Assembly (NCBI GenBank): GCA_030765485.1
Contig: JAVCCR010000014.1
Span: forward strand, 14,332 to 78,331
Reading direction: 5' to 3'
Length of the DNA: 64,000 nt
DNA from: Candidatus Gygaella obscura
GTDB lineage: Bacteria > Omnitrophota > Gorgyraeia > Gygaellales > Gygaellaceae
The notes below the pieces were generated by a model. The model made no database searches. It saw only the letters and a program-made list of their open reading frames with translations, and had not been told where the DNA came from. Shown here one piece after another: positions 39,067 through 48,852 of the stretch. The translations under genes and the position numbers were made by a program. How positions within the stretch are numbered: the stretch's first letter is position 1; every line of letters starts with the position of its first letter.

Positions 39067-40721
39067 CTAAATTTTATCCTTTAATACTATTTATTTTATT
39101 TCTCTCTGTTTATTTAACTACTTTTACTCAGACCCACCGTTGTTTTAACCAGGATGGTCTTGAGAATATGCAGTTTATCTCCAGCGAAGACTTTCAAATT
39201 TTCAATGCGCGTGATATAGGTTATCGGATTACCGGTAGGTTTATATATGATGTATTTAAATTGTTAGGATGGCAGGGTTCAGCAATGATTCCACTGCAAT
39301 CCTTGAGTGCTTTTTTTGGGGCTATAGCAGTGGTATGTATTTACCTTATTATATTTAAAATAATTAATAACTATAGTTTAGCTTTTATAATTTCATTATT
39401 TTTTGGTTTTTCTCACTCATTCTGGTTTTTCAGTACTGAAGCAACAGGCAGGATATACTGTCTATTCTTTGGTTTGCTGTCATTGTTATTTTTGTTTTAT
39501 AGGTTTAATTTTAAACAGAGCTATATTTATTTGATGGTTTTTTCTTTCTCCGTATCTTCTGTTATAGATTCATCTTCGCTTTTGTTTTTGCCTTTGTTAA
39601 TCTTAGGAATAATTCTGATTAACGAAAATAGAAAACAGAGCTATAAGGACGCATTAATATTTGCTGCTTTTTCTCTTGCGATAATGGCGGTTTTTCATCT
39701 AGCGTTATATACTATTAAATATAGCTCTATATCTTTAAGTGGGTTGTTTGGTTTTATTTTTAATAAGTCTCCCTCTAAAGGATTAAGTTTTTCAAAGATG
39801 TTTTTTACTGCATGGGAATCACTCATCGCTAATGGCAACATTCATTCTGATTCGATAAGATTAATGTTTTTTCCTGGAAATATTTTAGAGCTTCATAGAG
39901 GTTTTATTGTTTTTTTCTCAGCTTTAGCAGGATTTATTATTATTAGTTTAGTGTTTTTAAGAAAAAAGGTAAGTTTTTTTCATCGTAAGATTATTATATG
40001 GATGTTACTTTTTTTATTTCTGCCCTTACCTTTTTTTGCTTATCAAGAGGCAAACGCTTTAGAATATTATATTATCAGTTTGGTGCCTTTTTGGATAATC
40101 GTTGCTGTAGTTTGCTACTATTTAATTAAAAGGTTTAGGGTAATCAACTATTTACTGCCTGTTGTTTTGGTTGTTTTTGTTTTTAATAATTTTTTATTCA
40201 GTATTTTTCCTCGCACAGACGCTAGAAATAGCTTTTACTACCCGCATTATAAATATCTAAAAAAAGATTTTAATTCTCAGGAGTTAACTATTGTGTTTAC
40301 ATTTGATTACATTTTTAGTCTTAATATGCGAATAATTGATTCGAGGCTAAAAACAAACATTCACAAACAAGCTATTTTCATCGATAATTACAGCAAGATA
40401 AACGATAAATACTATGAATATTTGCTTAAAGAAGTCGCTGCGTACGATAAGGTAAAGATTGTTTTTCTTTTATGCTCGCCAGTGAAATCGCCAGATAGAA
40501 TAAAGGTAATTAATGATCAAATAAATAGATACAAGTATATTTACTCAGATTTTATTTTTGATGTTGTTTTATTGAATAGGTGTCCGTGGATAAGCGAATA
40601 TATTGGAAGATACGTCGACTTTCAAGAATTTCTATTAGGGATTGGTAATTTAGGATTTAAACCATTGTTTATGAGTGAGGGTCCATTTGAAGATATTGTT
40701 AGTATAGAGTTCAGAAAGTAA
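39048..40721 (+). CDS. Polytopic membrane protein, GT-C-fold glycosyltransferase-like (ArnT/PMT/GtrC-like)
   Basis: ≥10 TM segments over ~380 aa, then a ~170-aa soluble C-terminal domain. Sits next to a GtrB-like GT2. The fold assignment is an inference. Confidence 0.45.
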   Translation: MQTKRIAKFYPLILFILFLSVYLTTFTQTHRCFNQDGLENMQFISSEDFQIFNARDIGYRITGRFIYDVFKLLGWQGSAMIPLQSLSAFFGAIAVVCIYLIIFKIINNYSLAFIISLFFGFSHSFWFFSTEATGRIYCLFFGLLSLLFLFYRFNFKQSYIYLMVFSFSVSSVIDSSSLLFLPLLILGIILINENRKQSYKDALIFAAFSLAIMAVFHLALYTIKYSSISLSGLFGFIFNKSPSKGLSFSKMFFTAWESLIANGNIHSDSIRLMFFPGNILELHRGFIVFFSALAGFIIISLVFLRKKVSFFHRKIIIWMLLFLFLPLPFFAYQEANALEYYIISLVPFWIIVAVVCYYLIKRFRVINYLLPVVLVVFVFNNFLFSIFPRTDARNSFYYPHYKYLKKDFNSQELTIVFTFDYIFSLNMRIIDSRLKTNIHKQAIFIDNYSKINDKYYEYLLKEVAAYDKVKIVFLLCSPVKSPDRIKVINDQINRYKYIYSDFIFDVVLLNRCPWISEYIGRYVDFQEFLLGIGNLGFKPLFMSEGPFEDIVSIEFRK

Positions 40722-40751
40722 AGCCGATATTTCAGAAGAATCAGTAAAGGG

Positions 40752-43700
40752 ATGATTAAAAAGATGAATTTAGTAAAGTATGCCGAGATTATTGTGAATA
40801 ATCAAAAGATTAATGAATCGGAATTTCGAAAAGGCAGAATAACGCTTAAATCTTATCCGCCAAATGTCTTTATGCAGCTCGATGGACCTTGTAACCATAA
40901 TTGCATATTTTGTTCTCGCCCTGAAAAATATGATTATTTTAATTTAGAAGAATTTAAGAAGCGTTTTGTTGATATTATGCCAGTTTTTTTAAATGCAAAA
41001 ATGATTTATCTTACAGGCGCAGGAGAATTTTTAATGCTTCCTGATAGTCTAGATATAATTAAATTCTTTGATAATAATTTTCCCGCCTCTGGCAAAAGCT
41101 TTGCTACAAATGCAACATGTTTTAATAACTATATTTTTAATTATTTAGAAAGCATCAAGAGTAATTTTAGTATTCAGGTGTCTTTGCATGCTAGTAACGC
41201 TGAGTTACATAAAAAACTAGTTGGTAGATATGATTTTGATCAAACTATTCAAAATTTAAGTAGATTATTGGCTATTTCGGAAAATAACCGTAATTTGGAT
41301 GTTTATGCCATGTTTGTTTTAAATACGCTTAATATTTCGGATTTGCCTGAATTTGTAAAGCTGTGTAGTTCTATGGGTATAAGAAAAGTGTGTTGTAATT
41401 ATAATTCTGTTTATAGATTGGATCAGAAAAAACTTTCTTTATTTTTTAATCAGGCAAAAGCTAACGATGTTCTTAATTCAGTGCGTTCTTTAGCTTCAGA
41501 TCTTTCTATTGAGATTAATTTACCTCCTTTATTTGCGAAAGATAATTCCTATTACAAATTCTGTAAGGATTATTGCAGTGATCCTTGGTATCAGATAATG
41601 CTTAATTTCAAGGGAGAAGTTATGCCTTGCTGTTTATTTGAGGGGGTTGCTCCGGGGAATATACTGGAACAAGGGTTTAAAAAGATTTGGAATGGGGAAG
41701 TTTATAAAGCGTTGAGGGAATCAATACTCAATAAGAAAAAAGCTATTTATTGTAATTATTGCATAGAAAACAATCCGGAATCTGTGAATCATATCAAATC
41801 TCATTTGATAATTCGAGGAAAGAACAAACAAGAACTTCAGGAATTTCTTAAGCCAGAGTTTGATACGAGAGTTACTATTGATGAAAATAAAATGATTCAA
41901 TTTGTTTGGCGTTTGAACTACGAATGCAATTTTAATTGTCCTTATTGTTCAGTGATGTATTGGGGCGAAGAAAAAATTACCAGAAAAGACAAAACAGTGT
42001 TTTTATCAGTCGATGAATGGATTGAGCATTGGGAAAAGATATACGATATATACGGAAGTGTGGAGATTCATATTGTAGGTGGAGAGCCAACTATTTATCC
42101 AGGGTTTTTTAAATTGGTGGAAAGATTATCTAAAAAGCATTATTTCGGTTTTGATACTAATCTTTCTGCTGATTTTACAGATTTTATAAAAACTATTCCT
42201 CCTGAAAGAGTTAGTTTTGGTATTGGGGCAAGTTTTCATCCTACGCAGACCAAATTCGAAGATTTCATAAATAAGGTTGATAGGTTAGCAAGGGCAAATT
42301 TTAAGATATGGATAAATTATGTAGCATATCCTGAGCAATTAAACGAAATAGCTTATTATAAAAACGAGGTAGAAAAAAGAGGGTATCATTTTGTGATGCA
42401 ACCTTTTTGCGGTAAATACAAAGATAAAATCTATCCTAAGGAATATATAGATAATGAAAAAAACATAATGAGAGGTCTTGCAAAAGGTAATAGCGTTCTA
42501 GAAGAGAATATGCAGTATCAGCTTGAGCAGAAGATAGTAAAAGGTAAGCTTTGTTATGCAGGTATGAAGTTTGCTTTTATACATGCAGACGGTACTATAA
42601 AAAGATGCGGCGAGGGGCCAAGTCCTGCTATTGGTAATTTTTTCGATAAAGAGTTTAGGCTTTTTGATAAGCCGTTGCCCTGTGATTGTGATACATGCTA
42701 TTGTGAGTTTAAATGGTTGGTGGAGAATGAAAGAAAGACCACGCAGCAAGAAGAAAATAAGAGCTTAATTGTAAAGCAAGTCAAGAATAGTGATTTTGGA
42801 GATAAATTCAAGAAGATCAATAGATTAATTATGGATGATGAGTTAGATGAGTCAAAAAAAATTGCTAGAGAGGTTTTGGATTGTGATAAAGACAACGGTA
42901 ATGGTTTTAGTGTTATGGCAAAAATATACCGTATGAAAGCACAGTCGATAGATTTGGTTTCGGCTAGGGAAGATTATGCTTATTTAGCCAAGTCTAATAT
43001 AAAACGGGCATTGGAATATGACCCTGATGATTTATCTGCACAGTTGGAAGCTATTCGTATTTTTATTATCGATAAGGACGTAATTGCAGCAAAAAAGATT
43101 TTTGATAATATAATGATTAAATATCCAGAATCTGAAGAGGCACATGCACTGGTTAAAAGAATAGAGCATTTAAATAGAGAACTTCATAGAAGTCATCAAG
43201 CTGTTGAGATTTTTCGTAAAGAAAAGAATATTTTTTCAAGAATAAAATCAAAGGTAATAGCAAAAGATATGAGATTTTCTTATCGAGTTATTTTCGATTG
43301 GGATATGCATTATGATTGTAATTATAGTTGCTCATATTGTTACTATAAAAATAAATGGAATGAGTTATCGTTAAAAAACATATATCCTGGTAACAGTAAA
43401 CTAATACGGATATGGAGTAATATTTATGATACTTTCGGTAAGTGTTTTATAAGACTTAATGGTAGAGAACCAAGTGTGTACCCTGATTTTTTCAATCTTA
43501 TAAAAGGTCTTTCTTTAAAACATACATTGGAATTAAATACGAATCTGTTTTTTGATTTTGAAAGATTGATAGAGACGGTTGCTCCTGAAAACGTAAGTAT
43601 TAAAGCAATTTTCCATAAAGAAAATGTGAGTTTAGAATCATTTTTGAATAAGGCAAGTTATCTTAACAGGCATGGTTTCCAGGTAAGCGTTGTTTGTTTG

Positions 43701-44147
43701 GCTCATCCGGATAATTTAAATGAACTTTATAGGATAAAACAAGCCGTAGAAGATATTAATCTTACTTTTCTGATTGAACCGTTTCAAGGAGTATATAAAG
43801 AATTAGAATATCCCCATGGGTATTCTTTTGAACAAATGAGAATTATTTCGGATATAGTAGCTTTTTCACCTGTGAATAAACTTATTTTCGAGCCAATTCT
43901 TAGGAAAGAAAAGATAATAAATAATGATAGGCGGTTATGCAGGATGGGCCAGCTTTATGTAAAGGTTTTTTCTGATGGTGAGATATATCGCTGTAGAGAT
44001 AATTTATCAGAGAAAATCGGTAATCTTTACAATGATGATAATCTTTTTGTTTGGAACGAACCTAGATATTGTGACAAGAAAAGCTGTTCTTATTGGAATG
44101 CAATGATTGTAGGTAAAGAAAAGAAATGGATTCGATATTGGAGATAA
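40752..44147 (+). CDS. Three-module radical SAM fusion (rSAM/SPASM-like + rSAM module + TPR + rSAM module)
   Basis: Module 1 'GPCNHNCIFCSRPE...SLHASN...CSDPW...PCCLFEG...CNYCIENN', paralogous to the giant fusion's C-terminal domain. Module 2 'RLNYECNFNCPYCSV...HIVGGEPTIYP...GIGASFHP...CGEG...PCDCDTCYC', ~60% identical to the N-terminal module of 34365. Module 3 'DMHYDCNYSCSYCYY...'. Confidence 0.8.
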   Translation: MIKKMNLVKYAEIIVNNQKINESEFRKGRITLKSYPPNVFMQLDGPCNHNCIFCSRPEKYDYFNLEEFKKRFVDIMPVFLNAKMIYLTGAGEFLMLPDSLDIIKFFDNNFPASGKSFATNATCFNNYIFNYLESIKSNFSIQVSLHASNAELHKKLVGRYDFDQTIQNLSRLLAISENNRNLDVYAMFVLNTLNISDLPEFVKLCSSMGIRKVCCNYNSVYRLDQKKLSLFFNQAKANDVLNSVRSLASDLSIEINLPPLFAKDNSYYKFCKDYCSDPWYQIMLNFKGEVMPCCLFEGVAPGNILEQGFKKIWNGEVYKALRESILNKKKAIYCNYCIENNPESVNHIKSHLIIRGKNKQELQEFLKPEFDTRVTIDENKMIQFVWRLNYECNFNCPYCSVMYWGEEKITRKDKTVFLSVDEWIEHWEKIYDIYGSVEIHIVGGEPTIYPGFFKLVERLSKKHYFGFDTNLSADFTDFIKTIPPERVSFGIGASFHPTQTKFEDFINKVDRLARANFKIWINYVAYPEQLNEIAYYKNEVEKRGYHFVMQPFCGKYKDKIYPKEYIDNEKNIMRGLAKGNSVLEENMQYQLEQKIVKGKLCYAGMKFAFIHADGTIKRCGEGPSPAIGNFFDKEFRLFDKPLPCDCDTCYCEFKWLVENERKTTQQEENKSLIVKQVKNSDFGDKFKKINRLIMDDELDESKKIAREVLDCDKDNGNGFSVMAKIYRMKAQSIDLVSAREDYAYLAKSNIKRALEYDPDDLSAQLEAIRIFIIDKDVIAAKKIFDNIMIKYPESEEAHALVKRIEHLNRELHRSHQAVEIFRKEKNIFSRIKSKVIAKDMRFSYRVIFDWDMHYDCNYSCSYCYYKNKWNELSLKNIYPGNSKLIRIWSNIYDTFGKCFIRLNGREPSVYPDFFNLIKGLSLKHTLELNTNLFFDFERLIETVAPENVSIKAIFHKENVSLESFLNKASYLNRHGFQVSVVCLAHPDNLNELYRIKQAVEDINLTFLIEPFQGVYKELEYPHGYSFEQMRIISDIVAFSPVNKLIFEPILRKEKIINNDRRLCRMGQLYVKVFSDGEIYRCRDNLSEKIGNLYNDDNLFVWNEPRYCDKKSCSYWNAMIVGKEKKWIRYWR

Positions 44148-45745
44148 AAACTGATAGTTCTAGGGTATTTTTGTATAGAAGAAATGTTTTTTTGCCTATA
44201 TTATTTGTTTTTTTAATCGTAGTTTTACATGCTGCTGTTAATTATTTTATTCTTGTCAGAAGTAGGTTTTGCTTATTAGGCGATTCAGCATTCCATTATT
44301 CGGAATCGTTTGTTTTTTTTAATCAGTTAAAACAATTCTTTAAAGCAGGCGATTTTATAGATTTTTTTAGAGATTATACAGCGATTGGTAGTAATTATCG
44401 TACACCCTTTTTAATGCTTGCAACAATCCCGTTTTATTTTATTTTTGGCGTTAGTCAGACCACTGCAATAATGTCTAATATGTTATTTTTTTTAGTGTTA
44501 GTTTCATCTGTTTACGGAATTGCCAGAATTTTATATAACCAAAAAACAGCTATTTTAGCAAGTTTAATTGTTTCGGTATTGCCGGGAATTTTTTCTCAAT
44601 CGAGAATATTCTTGCAAGATTTAGCTTTATCCGCAATGGTTGCATTATCTTTTTATCTTTTAATAAAATCAGACAATTTTAAGAATTTCAGGATTAGTTT
44701 AATTTTTGGTGTTATTTTTGGTTTAGGGTTACTTACAAAATGGTCTTATCCAATTTTTATGATTTTACCAATGCTGTTTATGGTTGATTGGAGAAGGGTA
44801 GTTGTAAAGAATCTATTTTTAGGGTTATCGATTGGGTTGTTAATTGCCTCGAGCTGGTATATACCAAATTTATCCAATATAATCTTAAGATTGCCAAAAT
44901 CGGCTTTTTCTATTTTAAACGTCAACAACGATAGATGGTATTATTATTTAGAGACTCTTTATGACTATCAGTTGTTACCTGTTTATTTTGCATTGCTTAT
45001 ATCTGGTATCACGTTTTTAGTTTTAAAAAAGGAATTTATTTTCCCATTGTTTGTGATTTTTCCAATTGTTTTGTTTTCTTTTTCTCACAATAAAGATGCA
45101 CGTTTTATTCTGCCAGTTTTTTTCGTCATTGCGATTATAATTGCCCGTTTTATAGTTTGGTTTGATAGAGAGCAGATATTGGTTAAGATTATAATTATTT
45201 TTTCATTAGTGCAGTTTATAGCTATTTGTTTTTTTCCAACCAAGACGCCTTGGATTAAGAAAATTATAAATGTTAATCGTGTGTATCCAGATAATATGCA
45301 GGGCCTTTATTTTGCTACAGATAGAGGAGATTGGAAGACAACACAGATTTTTGAAACGTTATCAGTGCACCTAAGTGATGATGCAGATAAAAAATATCAG
45401 GTTTTATCTATTCCCGCTTTGCCTGGTTTGCATTCACCGTTAATTATAGCGTCAGCAAAGGAGGCTTTGTCTGTTGAATTTATTTGTCCTGCTGAGTTTG
45501 ATCAGAGCTTAATAGATCAAGAAATAGATTTTGATAAAATTATTCATGATTCAGATTTTGTCATTACAAAAACCGGATATATGGGTATTTCATTCATAAA
45601 AGGCTTTTTGAATGAAACGAATAAGGCTTTTCTAAGGCACAAGCACGAATTTATAGTTTTAAAAACATTCAGCTTAGAACATGTTCCAGGAAGCGATATT
45701 GATGATTCTGTAGTATATCTTTATAAAAGGATTGATAAAAATTGA
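44126..45745 (+). CDS. Polytopic membrane protein, GT-C-like glycosyltransferase candidate (second copy)
   Basis: ~11 TM segments + ~170-aa C-terminal soluble domain. Same architecture as 39048. Confidence 0.45.
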   Translation: MDSILEIKTDSSRVFLYRRNVFLPILFVFLIVVLHAAVNYFILVRSRFCLLGDSAFHYSESFVFFNQLKQFFKAGDFIDFFRDYTAIGSNYRTPFLMLATIPFYFIFGVSQTTAIMSNMLFFLVLVSSVYGIARILYNQKTAILASLIVSVLPGIFSQSRIFLQDLALSAMVALSFYLLIKSDNFKNFRISLIFGVIFGLGLLTKWSYPIFMILPMLFMVDWRRVVVKNLFLGLSIGLLIASSWYIPNLSNIILRLPKSAFSILNVNNDRWYYYLETLYDYQLLPVYFALLISGITFLVLKKEFIFPLFVIFPIVLFSFSHNKDARFILPVFFVIAIIIARFIVWFDREQILVKIIIIFSLVQFIAICFFPTKTPWIKKIINVNRVYPDNMQGLYFATDRGDWKTTQIFETLSVHLSDDADKKYQVLSIPALPGLHSPLIIASAKEALSVEFICPAEFDQSLIDQEIDFDKIIHDSDFVITKTGYMGISFIKGFLNETNKAFLRHKHEFIVLKTFSLEHVPGSDIDDSVVYLYKRIDKN

Positions 45746-46791
45746 TTATTTTTAAAAGAGCCTTAGGAAGTCTTATTTGTATAATTTTGGGTTTAGTTGC
45801 TGCAGTATTGATAGCCGAATTTATATTAAGGATTGTGCCTGTATGTAAAGAAAAGTATTCTTTCGATAAGTATGTTAATAGATTTGTTCCCATTGTTTCC
45901 TCAGATGACCTTGGTTCTTTATATAGGTTCTCTTCTTCTTTAGGTTATGAAAGAGTTCCTGATAGAGAAAGGGGTGTAAATTCTTTTGGGTTTATCGGAG
46001 AAGAAATCCAGCTAAAGAAAAAATACGGTGTATTTCGCATTATGGTTTTAGGAGACTCGTTAGCAGAACAGAATTTTTTTGTAGATTATTTGAGAAAGTT
46101 TATCAATGATAGAAGTCTTAAAGAAACAGTTGAGATAATTAATGCCGGCGTAGGCGGATACAACGTATGGCATTATTACCGGTATGTAACCAGCAAGGCT
46201 TTGAAGTTTAAGCCGGATGCGATTTTACTTAGTCTATGCCTTAATGATTTTCATCCAGATGTACATGCTTTTTATGGACAAGAGGGAGAGATTATTGAAT
46301 TTAATATTGAATCTTTTGAAACAAAGAAGATCCTATTATTTAGCTACAGTTTTTTTAAGAATTCTTTTGTTTATCGAGCATTAATAATTACTTTAGAAGA
46401 AATTTTATCAAAGTCTAGCGATAAGTCAGCGTTAGATAATGTTAAAAACTTTGCTTATGCCAATGAAGGTTTGTTTTTTATGAAGAAGATCAAACAGGTT
46501 TGCGATAGAAATAATATTGCTTTAGTTTGTTTTATTTGGCCTTATTTTATGCCTAATTCTGAATATAGTAATCTTCAGATGTATGAATATAATGATATGG
46601 TTAAGATCTTGGATTATTTAAGTATTGATTATTTAGACCTGCACAAATTATTCCCAGATAATAAAAGAAAAAATTTAAGGCTTAGAGAGGTTGATTATAT
46701 TCATCCTAATGCAGAAGCACATAAATCGGTTGCTTTAAGTATATTGCCAACAGTAGAGCAATTAATAATATCTGAGAGGAACAATGATTAA
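45742..46791 (+). CDS. SGNH/GDSL-hydrolase-family protein with N-terminal membrane anchor
   Basis: Block I 'IMVLGDSLAE', block II/III 'NAGVGGYN', 'LSLCLNDF', block V 'DYIHPNAEAHK'. TTG start overlapping the upstream stop. Confidence 0.6.
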   Translation: MIIFKRALGSLICIILGLVAAVLIAEFILRIVPVCKEKYSFDKYVNRFVPIVSSDDLGSLYRFSSSLGYERVPDRERGVNSFGFIGEEIQLKKKYGVFRIMVLGDSLAEQNFFVDYLRKFINDRSLKETVEIINAGVGGYNVWHYYRYVTSKALKFKPDAILLSLCLNDFHPDVHAFYGQEGEIIEFNIESFETKKILLFSYSFFKNSFVYRALIITLEEILSKSSDKSALDNVKNFAYANEGLFFMKKIKQVCDRNNIALVCFIWPYFMPNSEYSNLQMYEYNDMVKILDYLSIDYLDLHKLFPDNKRKNLRLREVDYIHPNAEAHKSVALSILPTVEQLIISERNND

Positions 46792-47788
46792 TTGCATTAA
46801 TATTGTTAAAAGAATCGGAAGATTTTTTATAAAATTGCAACAGCAAAACGACGATTGCTTGAGTCAGAAAATTTTGTTAGTAGATAGTCCTCAGGTTTGG
46901 TTAGGTCATTTGAATTCCGCGATCATAAGGACAAAAAAGATTTTTCCCAATGGCAATATCTTTGTTTTGACTAATTTTGAAAGAAAGACAAGCTTAGAAG
47001 CGGAATTCGATGATTTAAGCTATATTCTTTTTGGACAAAATAATTGCCGTAGTATAGGGAATCTTATTAAACTAATTAGGGCGAAAAAATATAATTTTGA
47101 TTTTGTTTTGTTGATTTCTTTAGATTTTACGTTTATTGCCGCAAGCCTTATTTGTTTAAAGAAGATAATTTATTTATATAATCAGTGGGGACAGTGGTGG
47201 AAGGTAAGTTTTAGAGATGCATTGTTTATGTTTAAAAGAGCTTACTATGTTAAGAAAAAAAAGTCAATTTTAATAGAGTTTATTAGTAGAGTGGGTTTAT
47301 TTTTTGTTTGCATCAGGAAAATAAATGAAGATGATCTGTGCAAAAGTTATTTCTTAAGACCTGATAAAAAAACAGTTTTTAAAGATATAGAATGCGCGAT
47401 AAACAAAATTAAGCTGTATTCGCCTTATTCTAAGGTTTATTGTGAAGCAATTAAATATAAAAAGAATATATTAGAAATTCATCCTGATATCATTTTTGTT
47501 GATAAAAATACAAGGAAAAGCTTTCTTAAGGATGCAAGTAACATAATAGTTTTTAGCCTAAGTTTACCTATTATTTTTGATAGTTTTATTTCCAAAAAGA
47601 GCCGATTGCTGTTATTTAACCGTTGGCATCAATGGTGGAAGATTAGTTTTAAAAATTTAAGGGATTATTTGATTTCTCTTTTATCATTTCTGGGGGATGT
47701 TTTTATTTTTATCTTTCTTATTATGAGAGTAAGTATTATTTTTCTAAAAAGGATGTTTTTTACAGTCGACTATATTAATGAGGAGTAA
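46784..47788 (+). CDS. Hypothetical protein; N-terminus GT9-like, with internal duplicated 'N(Q/R)W.QWWK.SF' motif
   Basis: 'KILLVDSPQVWLGHL...IFPNGNIFVLT' resembles the heptosyltransferase N-domain. Repeats occur at aa ~133 and ~275. Confidence 0.35.
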   Translation: MINCINIVKRIGRFFIKLQQQNDDCLSQKILLVDSPQVWLGHLNSAIIRTKKIFPNGNIFVLTNFERKTSLEAEFDDLSYILFGQNNCRSIGNLIKLIRAKKYNFDFVLLISLDFTFIAASLICLKKIIYLYNQWGQWWKVSFRDALFMFKRAYYVKKKKSILIEFISRVGLFFVCIRKINEDDLCKSYFLRPDKKTVFKDIECAINKIKLYSPYSKVYCEAIKYKKNILEIHPDIIFVDKNTRKSFLKDASNIIVFSLSLPIIFDSFISKKSRLLLFNRWHQWWKISFKNLRDYLISLLSFLGDVFIFIFLIMRVSIIFLKRMFFTVDYINEE

Positions 47789-47790
47789 AG

Positions 47791-48849
47791 ATGGTTAATA
47801 ATGTAAGGCAATTTAGTTCAGATAAGATCCTTAAACACCTAGACAGGGTAGTTGATTGGTTTAATGGTAATAATCCTTATCCTGTTACGGTTGAACTTGA
47901 TTTAACAAACGTTTGTAATCATAAATGTCCTGCTTGTACGGGTTGGGTTAAGAAGCAAAGAGATTTATCTATGTTGCCAGTTAATTTGACAAAAAAAATT
48001 ATTAATCAGTTGGCTTACGTAAAGATACGTGGACTAATTTTTACCGGTGGTGGTGAGCCATTATGCTATCCTCATGTCAGAGAGATTCTTAACTATGCAG
48101 CTAAGGAGAATTTTGATATTGCTTTTATAACGAATGGTTCTTTGTTGAATAAGGAAATAGCAGATCAGCTATTAAGAGTTTGTACTTGGGTTAGGGTTTC
48201 TCTTGATGCAGCCACACCAATGGTTTTTAGGAAAACACACGGTCTAGATAGAAAGAACTTTTTAACGGTAACTGAGAATATAAGATTATTAGCTAAAAGG
48301 AAAAAAGAGCTTAAAAGCAATACTGCGGTAGGAGTTGGTTTTTTAACATGTCAATATTCAAAAGGGCAAATGTATAAAGCTACTCTTCTTTGTAAGTCGT
48401 TAGGTGTTGACTACATACAATTTCGTCCAATGCAGATTGTTTCAGAAGGTAGATTAACTTACGATTTAATGAATATAGATAGGCAGTTAGTTAAATGTAT
48501 GGAAGAAGAAACAGCAAATTTTAAGGTTCTTTATTCAAAACATAAATATGAAATGATGAAAGAACCAAAATTCGGTAGATATTATAAGAAATGTTTCGGT
48601 CAACAGTTTGCAACTGTCATCTCGGCTGATGCAAAAATGTATGTTTGCTGTCATATGCGAGGTAATAATAAATATTGTATCGGAGATTTGCATAAAAGTT
48701 CATTCAAGAAGATCTGGAATTCTAATAAAAGGAAAAAAGTTGTTGAGTCTATTGATTTTAAAGATTGTGTACCTTTATGTCGTGACAATACATTCAATCA
48801 GGTGCTTTGGAATATTAAAGAAAAACGAGAACACGTTAATTTTTTATAA
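47791..48849 (+). CDS. Radical SAM protein with C-terminal Cys-rich (SPASM/twitch-like) extension
   Basis: 'LTNVCNHKCPACTGW', 'FTGGGEPL', C-terminal 'CCHMRGNNKYCIGD...CVPLCRDN'. Good RBS. Confidence 0.8.
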   Translation: MVNNVRQFSSDKILKHLDRVVDWFNGNNPYPVTVELDLTNVCNHKCPACTGWVKKQRDLSMLPVNLTKKIINQLAYVKIRGLIFTGGGEPLCYPHVREILNYAAKENFDIAFITNGSLLNKEIADQLLRVCTWVRVSLDAATPMVFRKTHGLDRKNFLTVTENIRLLAKRKKELKSNTAVGVGFLTCQYSKGQMYKATLLCKSLGVDYIQFRPMQIVSEGRLTYDLMNIDRQLVKCMEEETANFKVLYSKHKYEMMKEPKFGRYYKKCFGQQFATVISADAKMYVCCHMRGNNKYCIGDLHKSSFKKIWNSNKRKKVVESIDFKDCVPLCRDNTFNQVLWNIKEKREHVNFL

Positions 48850-48852
48850 CTA

